Of a stretch of 57,358 bases of DNA, positions 39,720 to 54,659 are shown one piece after another. The notes under the pieces were generated by a model. The model saw nothing but the letters and a program-made list of their open reading frames with translations. It made no database searches and was not told the origin of the DNA. The stretch comes from Intoshia linei (taxonomy: Eukaryota; Animalia; Orthonectida): NCBI GenBank assembly GCA_001642005.1, contig LWCA01000086.1, positions 1-57,358 of the forward strand. Reading direction: 5' to 3'. Within the stretch, counting starts at the first letter, position 1; each line of letters opens with the position of its first letter. A program made the position numbers and the translations under genes.

Positions 39720-40801
39720 AATGTACACTTTAAATTGTATTAAAATTTAATTTGTTTACTTTTAACCTTAATTATACTGTAACCCTTTACATATCCATAC
39801 AATGACACAAATTTCGATTTTAAAAAACAAAAGATTTTATGTTGATATCAATATATCAGTGTAAACCGAAGTGATTGCCGCAAGGTATTTGAAACATTTT
39901 TATTTAGAAGCAATTATTGGCAAGACAAGAATTATAGTCCTCAATGAATGGGTAATACTCATTGGGTATGGATTACATTTTACCAAACAATTTACGGATA
40001 TTAACATTTTGAGCGACATTTTACGAATCAGGCCATATCACAGATTAGAAATATAGATACACGAAAAAATGAACTATAAGTATTATAATAAGAAAACTAA
40101 GCGTATCTTCTCAAAAGTTTGATTATGAAGTTGGCATGAATAGATGATTATGTATCTATATTAAGGTGTGTCCTAAAACACTTTTTCGAAACAATGCAAA
40201 AGTAGCCAACACAAAAGATGAAACGTTTTATTGCGAACAAGATGATGTGCTTGAAATTGTCTAACTCAAAAAAACCCTTGACTTTTTACATTTTAACTAA
40301 TTTTTAATACAATTTTTCAAAAACGAACATGAACAAATATATAAAACTTTATAAAAAAATATTGGTGTGCTAACGATGTGAATTCATGCGTATAAATAGT
40401 ATATGTAACATTTGTGAGTATATATAATGTACATGGTTATCACAGTTTATCAGAAATCCCTATCAATAAAACCCTGAAGTTTAAAATTGATCTATACTGA
40501 ATGAGGATGAAAGAGCTTCAAATAATTCTCCATTAACACACAATGAATTCCATTTCATCATCATAAGTAGTTTTGGCTTTACATTTATCACCAAATCAAT
40601 TAAAAGTAATAGTACGTATTTTTCTGGTCACTTTAATTATGACATTAAATCAATTAATTGTCTATATTTATTTATAGAATCACAAAAATCACTATCCTAA
40701 AATTTTTCAACTTTTTTTCGACATCCCTGGAAATTTTTGTGTATAATATAACACTTATATAAAACATTAATACTCAAAAAATGAGACATTTTTATTGGTT
40801 A

Positions 40802-40976
40802 TCGTATTTTTCGGAGTATAAGGCGCGAAAAATTTTATTAAACAAAGTTTTAAAAAATTAAGAATCAAATGGTACAATATATAGTTAAAAAAAATTTTTC
40901 CTTACAAAATCCTCATATAAGGCACATTCCTAATTTTTCATGTAAAGGGGTGCGCCTTATACTCCCAAAAATACGG
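40802..40976. mobile_element. Tc1/mariner (pogo/Tc2-like) MITE
   Basis: TA|TCGTATTTTTCGGAGTATAAGGCGC ... GCGCCTTATACTCCCAAAAATACGG|TA. Confidence 0.8.
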
Positions 40977-42329
40977 TAGTTTAAAAATTAGGAGTGCTTT
41001 TTTTCTCAAAATTTTAAAAAAATTAATCATTATTAACGACATTTATCGTTGTATTTAGCATTGTTAATAGTTTAAAATATTATCAACGATAAAAATATAT
41101 TAAATCAGTAATGCCCTATCTTATTTCACGCTCAAAAATGCAAATTTTCAGTTGGAAACAACAAAAAATCGACGTGAGCCAGGCCTATAGCATATTTCCA
41201 TGGCAACATCTTTAGGTTTTATCTAATGAGTAACTTTTCCTCTTTCTTTTTAACATAATACCACATGTAATACAACAATTGATAGAATCGCACAATCAAA
41301 TTAAATTTAACCTTAATTTTATTGATAATTTATTTATTTAATGAAAATTATACTTACAATTGACATTATATTAATTAGTATAACTCAAAAACTACTCTAT
41401 GAAAATACTTAAAATTTTTGCTCATATCTTATAATCATGTATACTTTACTTCAAACCCAAATTTTAGCCAGATGATGTTCCAGTGTCGGATAGTGTCATC
41501 GATAAACTAAAAATGAACATTTTAAACAGTTTTTTGTGAATCTCGACTGAATCACAATATATGTTAAACTTTAAGTATTATAATTGATTTATCTGCAAAT
41601 TAATGCTTATTAAAGTAGTGAAAATTTTGTTGTGATCATTTTAAGGCTATTTCTGGACAAGATGGTATATTATTTTGTCCTCTATATCTATTTATGATGA
41701 ATTTAACCATTAGGGCGTTACGGCGCCACAGAATTGGCCAGATATAATGCTTTTGACAAATTTCACTTGATTAAATAAATTTTATCAAATTACTTTTACA
41801 AAGGTTTTAAATTAATATTTCATTATTCAAAAATAGTATATATATTTTGGTATTGTTCATTTGTAAACAATTAAATATTAGTGACGATATTTATTTACAC
41901 ATTTATAAATCCTAACTTGTATAAAACTCTTTGTTTATGGGTTACCGTTTATTTTAATAACAAAAAATCCTAGAATTTTAACAAACGCGAATTCTAAGTC
42001 AGACTTTCCAAGAGACTGTACGATAAATCTCAATTTTAGAAACTTAAATCTTCCTGATCAAAAACCCTAAACATCCTTTATTTATCTTCTAGAATCTACA
42101 CCTTAAAAAATATACACTGATACAGATTTTAAAATAATGAATATTATCAAAAATATCAATTTCAAAAAGGTAAATCTTCTGTGCCAATTCCACAAATTGT
42201 TCTTTTTGTAAAAAATGAAAATAGTCCTAGAATTGTAAAAAAAATTACAGTTTTTAAAATTATCTCCAGTTAATTTTAAGAATAAATTCTAATTTCAGAA
42301 ACTGACGTCTTTACATTTTAGACTTTTAA

Positions 42330-43390
42330 CCTTTACGAGACAATGCTGATTTTCGAAATTGAAAGCAAAAAATGTCACTTTTGAAACTTAAAATTCACAA
42401 ATTTCAAATTTCATTACTTTTTAAAGTGAACCAATTAAATTTGGCTTTAATATTTGACTGAAAATAAGCAATAAAAAATATTTAATTTATGACACACAAT
42501 TATATAATCATATCTCGTATATTGGATTTTCACACATTTTCAGTGACATGTATGATCTTATTTATTTCATTCTCAATTTGTTTGATTACAATATCAACGT
42601 AACGATTAATTATGAGACGTTAATCATAAATTACTAAGTTGACTGTTATGTACTACGTACAAACAGCACCTAACTCTGCCGAGGGTACATTTTTATTCTA
42701 CCAAAAAAATGAATTCATGTTAAAAATCTAACTTAAAATCCTACCATTCACTATTATCAAATCTTTAACGCAGTTGTTCCCAAACTTGTTTCAGGTGGAA
42801 CCATCATATTACATTACTTTTTACTTTAAAGTGAATTATTCCATCTTAATTTTTTATTTGTTAACATTTGCGTAAAGAATTTTAAAAACAATTGTTATCC
42901 CATTTTTTTAATTTATTAGACCGAATGTGTGTATAATAAAGATAAAACAGTCCAATCCTAAAAATGTTCATAAATAGCATAAATCCCAGAAAAAATACAA
43001 TTATAAAAACTTATTTTGTCATTTTCAATGTGATGATATATATTCAGTACCAATTTAATAAATACTTACAAATACCAATTGTGTATCAATAATTAATAGA
43101 ATCTTCACTTTATAAATATATTTTAAACGAATTTACCAAATATTACAAAGGTTTATAATAAATATAAAAATGATAATAACAATAAATTTAATTCCTAGAA
43201 TAAAATGATTCTTTACAAAATTTGCTAAATTTTGTAAGGTTAAATTTTAACTAGTTAAAACTCAACTAAGATATTATTTATTAATCAAATGTGCACTGCA
43301 CATTGTGCATCACCTCAATTTGAGACATAAACATAGCTAAAATGTTAGTTATCATTTATGTAACATAATCATGCAATTTTCTCGTAAGGG
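42330..43390. mobile_element. Second piggyBac-like non-autonomous element, with nested Helitron and hAT fragments
   Basis: TTAA|CCTTTACGAGACAAT ... ATTTTCTCGTAAGGG|TTAA, same terminus as the element at 27135-28705. Confidence 0.75.
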
Positions 43391-43473
43391 TTAATTTAAA
43401 AAAGCACTTTTAGAAAACAAGATTACAAATTTTGTAAATTAATTATAAAGACTGGCTGAGATTGTGTCCTAGA

Positions 43474-43613
43474 TAAAGTGGTCAGAAAGAATACGTACTA
43501 TCAATTTTATTTTATTTGGTGTTAAATGTAAAGCCAAAACTACTATGATAACGAATAAAAATTTATTCCAAATAAACTAAAAGTGACAGTACGTATTTAT
43601 TTGGTCACTTTAA
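43474..43613. mobile_element. ~140-bp foldback MITE, possibly Kolobok-like
   Basis: TAAAGTGGTCAGAAAGAATACGTACT ... AGTACGTATTTATTTGGTCACTTTA. Inverted siblings at ~29314-29447 and ~40560-40637. Confidence 0.6.
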
Positions 43614-43674
43614 TAATAATTTTATTATTGAGGCTCAATAATAATAATAAAATTATTCGGATATTTATCTAAAG

Positions 43675-44357
43675 CAGTGTTTCTCAACCTTTTTGACTGC
43701 GCGGAATCCTTATAAAATTTCAAAAAATCGCGGCACCTAAAAGCATGATCAAAAATTTTTTTTTGTATGTCGCATATATAAAACAATTTGGTTTTTAATA
43801 AAAAAATTTATTTTTCCTTCTCAATGAAAAATTTGGCCTTTATATTTTTTACAGAGGTTTTTAATTCTTGGACGTGTTTTTGAGAACATACACGAAGTTC
43901 TTCTACCGACACCAGCTTTGCTAGTTTCTTATGCTTAATTGCTGTCAATGCAAGTAAGCTTATAATTTGAATATTTTCATATATATTTAACATTAATCCA
44001 TTTTATGACTTGTTTTGATCAAAATAAGTACTGAATATATTAAAATGGAGAATTAAATTTTAGGAAATCAGACAAACTAGCTTAAAATAAAAATTTTTAA
44101 ATTCTAAAAAAGATAATTTAAAATAAACACAAAAAGTATTTTAATTAAGTTGACCGATCGTATTTATCTTAATTAAAAAAGCATATCAAAATATGATTTT
44201 TGGTTTTATTAATTTAGAAACTTTTCAATTTATATTTTTTAAATTTATTTATTTTGAACCATTTTAAATTCAAAAACATCGCATTTATATTTTACGGAGC
44301 CCCAATTAAATTTCGCGGAACCCCTGGGCTCCGCGGAACACAGGTTGAGAATCACTG
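43675..44357 (-). mobile_element. hAT-Charlie/Buster deletion derivative, sibling of 12483-13031
   Basis: TIR CAGTGTTTCTCAACC / GGTTGAGAATCACTG, TSD ATCTAAAG/ATTTAAAG. ORF 43808-43993 carries ALTAIKHKKLAKLVSVEELRVC. Confidence 0.85.
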
Positions 44358-45438
44358 ATTTAAAGTATTTAAGAAATAGTTAGAAACTTAAAATTATTTA
44401 ATTTACAATAAAAGGTCAAAATGACCACCATCAGATTGGATACATAAATCAATGCGTTTAAGGAAATTATTGTAAACATTAGATAATTCTTGAGTGCTAA
44501 TTGAGTCAATACTGTTGATTATATTGGTTTTTAATCTAAGACTTAGATGCAATTACATAAGTGGATACTAAGGTTATATTTTATTAGCAACAGCATATTT
44601 CATTAAAACAAAAAATTTGATATAATTAGTTATCCGAGAATTTAAAAATAAAAAATTGTTCTCAAACGTTTAGGAACCATTCCTTTAAAGTTTAAATGAT
44701 TGGTAATAGTAGACAGTAGCATTTTTATGTGAGATTTAATTTTTTTGATTAAATTAAAAAATGTTAACCTCAAAAAAGATAATTTTCACGATATAAAACC
44801 CAGATTACTTTTTTTTAAAAATTCCGAAGAAATGAATTATATCGATTTTCACCCATATTTCTTTATTGAAAATGTCTAGATGTTCAATGCACATTTTTTT
44901 TGAAATTGTTGGATCAATATTTAGATTTTCAATTTTTATTTTAATCAAAATATTTGAAAAATATTAGCTGATAATATATTAAAATTAAATTTTGTATTTA
45001 TATCAACTGGAATAAACTCTATTAGAATAATTTTCTGACAGTTAATTATTTCACATTTTTTGTTTTAAAATATTTCGAAAAAAAATATACGAAAACTATG
45101 CTTTTTTGATCGTGAAGGCGTCACTTATTCAAATTGAAATTTTTTGGGTGTTAACAGGATACACCTGTATCATGTGTAAATTTTTTTAAATTCTAGGGTT
45201 GTTTTCATTACAAAAAAAGGGTAATTTGTGGTTTTGGCCTTGAAGATATATTTTTTTAAATTCTCGAACTCAATTTGATGTCAAAAATAGGACAATTTTG
45301 GTTTTTGTCACAGATCGACAATAATTACAATTTCAATTAACAAATATTTTATTACAATTACAAATTTAACTACTGTAATATTAACTCAACTTTTAAAGGG
45401 ATTTTAAAGTCCATTAAAATAATATTGCAAGAATAACA

Positions 45439-47727
<2,289 letters not shown>

Positions 47728-48174
47728 TTTTAAAATTTAGTCAAATTTTGAAAAGTTAATATAAATTATTTGATAAACTTTATTGAAATCCTTTACTTAC
47801 ATTTGTACATTATTTAAATGATTGTTTTGGTTATCTATATGTTTAGTGTTGCCAACTGCGTTATTTTCCCCCTGAGAGTTCGAATTTTTAAATTCAACTT
47901 AGGGCTCAGGGTTAAGTGATATTTCTCAGGGTAATTGAATTATTTTAATCAAAATAATTTGAAATGTACTATTTGCTATTTGTTATGAAAAATTTAAAGT
48001 ATTTATTTTGAAATTTTGCAATAAAAATTGTGTGTAAACTGTTTCTATTTTTTGAAAAAGAAAACCCAAAGTAAAAGAAAGCCCAAAAATTTAAAGACAT
48101 TTTTATAGTGTAAGATTTACAAATTAATGTTTTCATCGTTTTATCATAAAATTTATGGTATTTCAATTCTTACT

Positions 48175-48650
48175 TATCCTTAGTTATAATATGATTTGCA
48201 ATATTTGTTTGTGTGTGTTACCGTTTACTTCAATAACTACCAGTCTTAGAATTTTATAAAGTCTACATTTTAATTACAGTTTTTTCCCGGTGTTAGCAAA
48301 ATAAATTTCAATCTCCCCAACTCACATCTTACGGGTCAAAAAGCTCAATTGTTCTTTTTTTTTAAAAATTAAACATCAAATCGAGTTCGAAAATTTAAAA
48401 AAATATATCTTCAAGGCCAAAACCACAAATTACCCCTTTTTTTTAATGAAAACAGCCCTAAAATTAAAAAAATACAGGTGGTACAGTTGTATCCTGTTAA
48501 CACACCCCAAAAATTTCAATCTGAATAAATGTAATTATTATACTTATTTTATACATACGAATATTTTATTAAAACAAAAAATGTATTAACAAAATCTACG
48601 CATTTACGATCAAAAATAATTTTTAATATATTATCAGTCAATATTTATTA
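48175..48650 (+). repeat. Helitron-like repeat, 5' portion
   Basis: ATCC...TATAATATG...TTTGTTTGTGTGTGTTACCGTTTA head and the following ~230 nt closely match 21820-22050. Confidence 0.6.
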
Positions 48651-49632
48651 CAATCCTTTGCAATTTTGGTAAAGTTCGACTAAAAAGTGGTTTATATAGT
48701 GGTCATTCGGTTAATTATTGATACATAATTGGATTTTTAAGTATTTATTAAATTGGTATTGAATATATATCATCACATTTAAAATGATAAAATAAGTTTT
48801 TATAATTTTATTTTTTCTGGAATTTATGCTATTTATGACAATTTTTTAATGAGTGTTTTTACTTTATTGTTAAGATTATACAACTCATTCTGTCTAATAA
48901 ATTATTTCTTTAATTTTATTTTTTCTGGAATTTATGCTATTTATGACAATTTTTAGGATTGGACGTTTTTACTTTACTTTTAATATTATATACACATTCT
49001 GTCTAATAAATTAAAAAAAATGGGATAACAATTGTTTTTAAAATTCTTTACGCAGATGTTAACAAACAAAAAATTAAGATGGAATAATTCACTTTAAAGT
49101 AAAAAGTAATGTGATATGATTGGTTCCACTTAATTTCTATAAAAACAGTTTATATTAGAATATTTAATAATTTAAAATTGTGACAGTATGGATAAATTTC
49201 TTATGACTTTGTTATAGAATTGAAATATAGTGGCCATATTGAGAGGCCTGACTATACAATGAATAAAACATTATTATTCATTAAAATTCAAAGTAAACCA
49301 CATTTAATTTACATTAATATAACTATAATGTATCTAGCATATTGATATAACCTTATCTGCTTTATAACCTTAACATATATAAGTTACATATTGATACATG
49401 CTACATATATGTTAGTAACCAGAAAATAGATCTTATCAATATTCAATCAAATCGCTCTTGAAAAAAAAGAAATTAATTTAATGTATAAGTTCTTGTAATA
49501 AATAATTCTTTTATTCCATTACAATGTAAATTATTTAACCTAGTTTGAAATTATACGATTCTATAGATATATTAATTAATCAATACTAATTAATTATAAA
49601 TAAAATTAATTATTTTAAATGTTACTTTTGCA

Positions 49633-49906
49633 ATGTATAATACAGATGATCGGTTATACAATAAACAAAAAAGAATTCGATACTATATTAGAGTGATTGT
49701 TGCAATAAAAATTATTTTATTGTTGATATCGTTCATTTTTATCATTGCTGGGATAACTATGACCCATTTCAAACTACAAAGTAATTTTTTATGTATTACA
49801 TTATACGGCATTATTATATAATGTATATTGTATGGCATTTATAATAATTGTAGTTGTTCATGAAAAGGATAATTTTAATGCAACTGTAGTGCATCTCAAT
49901 ACTTGA
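49633..49906 (+). CDS. Candidate 66-aa single-pass membrane microprotein, 2 exons
   Basis: ATG exon 49633-49780 with GTAATT donor and phase-matched TTGTAG acceptor, second exon 49854-49906. Basic N-terminus, long hydrophobic stretch, C-terminal NAT sequon. No homology recognised. Confidence 0.35.
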
Positions 49907-50893
49907 TATTATCCTTAAATGGTAGTTATTTATTAATAATTTTGTATCTTTTAATTAATAAATTTAGCACATGAACAATGTAAATGTTAATTATTATAAT
50001 AAAATGTACTTTTTTTAACGTATTTATTAAATTTTTTTATTTAAAAGTTTTCAAATTTTGTATTTATTATTAATTTATGATATAAGTAAATAAATTTAAA
50101 TTGAATTCTCGTTTGATAGAAAATTTTTTTGTGTGAGAAAATAGGCTCAATTTCAATGTCTAAGATTGAAGTCTTCGGTGTAAAGAAATATTATTTGTAT
50201 TTTAAAATTAACTTACTTTTTGAAATTAGAAATTGAACTTTTCTTATCTTTTTGTAAGTAATATAGTAATATTTGTAATCAAATGTAAATTGTACAAAAT
50301 GTAAATCTGACAAATATCTGTCTAGCTGTCTACGTCTTAAACTAAGAATCTTTAGATCCTACAAATAAAATATTTTATGGACAATTTTTTGCAGTGTACC
50401 TCTCTATCTTAGTTAAAATCTCTGAAATTAGCATTTTCACAGTGAAAATGTCTTATTCGACTTTAACAAGAAAACATTTCATATTATACCATGGAGCAGG
50501 GGTTCCCAAACTCATTTTGTCTACTTTTCCCTTTTTAGCAATATATTTTATACATTATAATTAGATACATAGTGTACTAATTAGTAGTTATATTTAGTTT
50601 AAGTTTTTAGTCTAAACTAAAATAATTATATTCAAAATAAAGTTAAGAAAATGAATTAAAGGCCGCTGTACATGTAAGTTATTGAAATTTTTTCCGCAAA
50701 ATCACATGTTTCGACATTTTCATTAACAATAATACAATAAAATGATATTAACTATAGTTATTATTATTGTATATATACAAAATAATTTGGAAAAACTCAA
50801 CAAACATTTGTAAATAAAATTCTCATTTCATGAAGATTGAGTAAATAAGAAAAAATGTCAAAATAATGACAAATGTTTATTAGTAATATGAAC

Positions 50894-51580
50894 TTAATCG
50901 ACAACATTAATTTTTCGAGTTCTGGATCTTTTGTTAGACAACCATTTTCGAATTTGCTTATTATTGAGTCCTGTGAGAATTGACAATTGAGCTACTTCCA
51001 TTGGATTAGCGTAGGCTTCATTACCATGCTCACCGAGCCAAACACCGAGAATTTCTAAAACTTTCATAGAAAAGCATTTACCTTTTCCGTTGGAACTGAT
51101 CAATTCATTTTTTTTCTTATTTGCTGAGATTTTAGGGGAACTTCCACTCATCTTCAACTCTGACTTCAATACAACTTCAACTGATGATTTACATAAACTG
51201 TTAATTTGAAAAAAATTAAAGTTGTTCTTCGTATTTTTTTGGTGTTTATTTTTTATTTTAGATTTTTCTAGAATTTTACTAGCATTTTTTCCAATTTTTC
51301 TATCGTTTGTATTGTCTTTGTAAGCTAAATTAAAATTATTTACATAAATTTCATCATTTTCACTTGTTATATGTATTCTATTTAATTTTTGACGTATATC
51401 GGAATATAACTCATTATAATATTGAAAATTTGACGGGGTAATAAAGCTATCTGTGAACTCGTTATTTTCCATATGTTGGAAATTGTTTTTCAGCCTCATA
51501 ATGCGTGTCTTTATGTGAACATATCTTCTGTATTCCGTACTCAGTAACTGGGATATTGTTCTATAAGATTCGTTTTTCAT
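50894..51580 (-). CDS. Divergent TALE-class homeobox protein, intronless, 228 aa (copy A)
   Basis: C-terminal homeodomain FSMKVLEILGVWLGEHGNEAYANPMEVAQLSILTGLNNKQIRKWLSNKRSR, with the three-residue loop extension between helices 1 and 2. Confidence 0.88.
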   Translation of the reverse strand: MKNESYRTISQLLSTEYRRYVHIKTRIMRLKNNFQHMENNEFTDSFITPSNFQYYNELYSDIRQKLNRIHITSENDEIYVNNFNLAYKDNTNDRKIGKNASKILEKSKIKNKHQKNTKNNFNFFQINSLCKSSVEVVLKSELKMSGSSPKISANKKKNELISSNGKGKCFSMKVLEILGVWLGEHGNEAYANPMEVAQLSILTGLNNKQIRKWLSNKRSRTRKINVVD

Positions 51581-51659
51581 GTTTGTTATTTTAAAAATTT
51601 AGTTTTGAAATGCGTTGATTAATGTAAAAATTTTATTATATTTGAAAGAATGATATTTA

Positions 51660-52060
51660 TCGAATTGGTTTAGCCACATCTGAAATGTTAATATAGTCAT
51701 TATTATTTTTACTCAATCATAACTTACTATGATGTAAACAAACATGTAATAGACACACCCACCACATGATAAGTGTATTTCTGGTATATTTTTTATTATT
51801 GTGTGGATAATCTGACACGTGTTTTTTTGTACTGTTATAGACAAATAAAATTTAACAAAATTGATTTATTTATTTCATTAAGCGTCAAATGAAGAAATTT
51901 TGTTAAATAAGTGATGACACGTTGATAGCACTTGTTTATAACTGTTTTTAATAGCTTTAAGAATCAATGATTTTGAGTTATTGGATAACCAGTATAAAGT
52001 TAATATTTACATATTAGGAGAAAGTGTCATATATCAAATATTAAATATTAATTAATAATT
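51660..52060 (-). promoter_or_regulatory. Upstream region of homeobox copy A with blocks conserved in copy B
   Basis: Identical blocks in both copies: TGTAAACAAACATGTAATAGACA (51733 / 54820), TTAAGCGTCAAATGAA (51878 / 54976), GTGATGACACGTT (51911 / 55009). Confidence 0.5.
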
Positions 52061-53242
52061 GGTTTATTTTTTAGAAATTTTTCTACGTGACTATATTTAT
52101 TTATGTTATTTGATATTACCAGAATTTTCAAGCCGCTGGTGGTGTAATAATTTTAAAATTTGAATGAAAATTTTTTTATTTATCATTTTTAAAACAAGTT
52201 TCTATACATAAAACTATTTTAATTTATTATCTAACTTATTAAAATTGAAAAATTAGAGTTAACATAAATCGTAATAATATTTAAAGTACACATAAACATA
52301 AGGAAACCGGTAATAATATGCAGACTATCGTAACATTCGATAACTAATCTAAATTAATAATAATAGATTAATAATAATTAATTAATAATAATAATGTTGT
52401 TTTATTATATTTATGAAATTATTTTTTAACTTTCACATTTTTAATTCTACTTGGCTATCTCAATACCTCGTCCACGACATTTTTTGCAATAGAAATTAAT
52501 TTTGTTACTTTTTTTTGTATCACACAACATTTAAATTATGATTTTAATATTAGATTTTTATTCCATAATTTATTATTTTTTAATTAATTAGAATTTTAAA
52601 TGTAATATTTTTAATGCCACTAATTTTTATAATGCAAGACATTAAATAAAATTTTTTATATTACACCAAATTTAAAAGTGAAAATGAAACGCCATTTTCA
52701 TTTAAACTGATGAAACGTATGAAATTATTAATTAATTAATAATTAAAAAATTACTTTAATTGTAATAAAATTTACTGCATTTTGAAACCGTTATATATTA
52801 TATATAAATATTGTTAATGTTAATTAATAGCTAAAACCTATTTGACTTTATTAAAATGACTTTGTACAACTATAAATTGTGACACTTGTTAAATGTAAAT
52901 TAATTCAATAAAATTTAGCAGATTTATTAATAATTATCTACTCTGTTAAATTTATCAATTGATATACAAAATTTTCTATGGCAATTTATTTATAAAACAA
53001 GTAATCACACTGTATACAAATATGTCACAAATGACAATTGAATTGTAGTAATTGAATGTGTATCAACATCTTAATATCTTACTCCAATATACATATATAC
53101 CATATAATTTAATTCTATCACGTATCCTTTATTTTATTTAGAATAATATAATATTCATTTACAATTCTTGTTTGTATAAAAATATGTTTATATAATTTTA
53201 GTTTTAATTTGTGACTTAGCGTGTGTAGTACACAGTGTGTAC

Positions 53243-53754
53243 TAGGGTGTTACAAAAATTTAAAAATTAAGTGCAGGATCGGAAAAAGTTGAGTAATTAA
53301 TCAAAAATAACAATACAAAAAAAATTATTTAAATTAGATAAAAATTTGCGGAGACACCTGGAATTTTAAAGATACCATAGAAAAATGTTCTACAAAATTT
53401 AAAATAAATTTTATAAAAATTATCAGTTTTCATTGTTAAAAATTTTCACTAAAAACAAAAATGAATGAGGTAGAACTGAATTTAAAGATGCAAAATAAAC
53501 AACTAAACATGACGATTAACACAAGATCACTTAAAACATAACTACCGTATTTTATCATAACATTCCAGTAAATAAAATTTATATCTTAGTTTTTGTAGAA
53601 CATTTTTGTATCAAATTTTTAAAATAGAAAACGGTTCCTCAAAAAAAGCTCTAAAATCATTTTTTTCCATTGTAGCCATAAAACTGTCATACGCGACTTT
53701 ATCCGTTCCTGCACTATAAAATTTAAAAAAAAAACTACTAAAATTCACACACTT
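53243..53754. mobile_element. Degenerate hAT-like MITE between the homeobox copies
   Basis: Starts TAGGGTGTTAC (compare the 9571 element). Subterminal inverted repeat GTGCAGGATCGGAAAAAGTTG / CGACTTTATCCGTTCCTGCAC. Confidence 0.55.
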
Positions 53755-53934
53755 AATATATATTACCAAAATTCAAATCTATAATGATACAGGCAACTAA
53801 TATATTTTAACAATAAAAAATAATATGTAAAATTCGAAAATATTTTTGATTACAATTCTCATTTCATACAGATTGAGTAAATAAGAAAAAATTTATAAAA
53901 TAATGATAAAATAATGTGTATTAGAAATATTAAC

Positions 53935-54659
53935 TTAATTGACAACTTTTATAATTTTTCGATTTCTGCATCTTTTGTTGGCCAGCCATTTTCTAATTTG
54001 TTTTTTACTTAGTCCTGTGATAATTGATAATTGAGCGACTTCCATTGGATTAGCGTAGGGTTCGTTATCATGATCACCGAGCCAACCACTGAGAATTTGT
54101 AAAACAGACGGAGAAAATAATTTAACTTTTCCACTGGAACTACTCAATCTTGTTGCTTTCTTATTTGGTGAAAGGTCGCGGGAACTGCTGCTCGTCTCAT
54201 CACTTTTATTTATTTTTGTGGGATCATTATCACATTTTACCTGAGTTGTTTCATTTTGAATTTTAATTGATGATTTGCACAAATTATGAATTTGAAAAAA
54301 ATTATAATTTTTCTCCTTTGCATTTTTGTTGTGTCCATTTTTTATTTTAGATTTGTCTATGATGGGAGTCGCAAATTTTCCATTGTTTGTGTTGTTGTTA
54401 TTAACTAAATTTGAATTATTTAAATAAATTTATGATTTTGACTTGTTATATGTATTCTATTTAATGTTTGATGTATATTTGAATATGTGTCATTATAATG
54501 GTGATAATTCAATGGTGAAATAAAGCTATTTGTGAAAACATTATAATTCATATGCAGGGAATTGTTGTTCAGTCCCATAATGCGTTTCTTTGTTGCCACA
54601 TATCTTTGGTATTCCGAACTTAGAAACTGGGAAATTGTGTTACAAGATTCGTTTGTCAT
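53935..54659 (-). pseudogene. TALE-class homeobox paralogue (copy B) with a single 1-nt deletion; pseudogene or sequencing error
   Basis: ORFs 54420-54659 and 53935-54282 are colinear with copy A. Span is 725 nt, and adding one base in the A-run at ~54429-54431 gives one 241-aa ORF ending HDNEPYANPMEVAQLSIITGLSKKQIRKWLANKRCR. Confidence 0.8.

Noticed and set aside
39871-40130. 61-aa ORF, faintly like a MULE transposase remnant
   Set aside because: Resemblance is too weak to support without a profile search.
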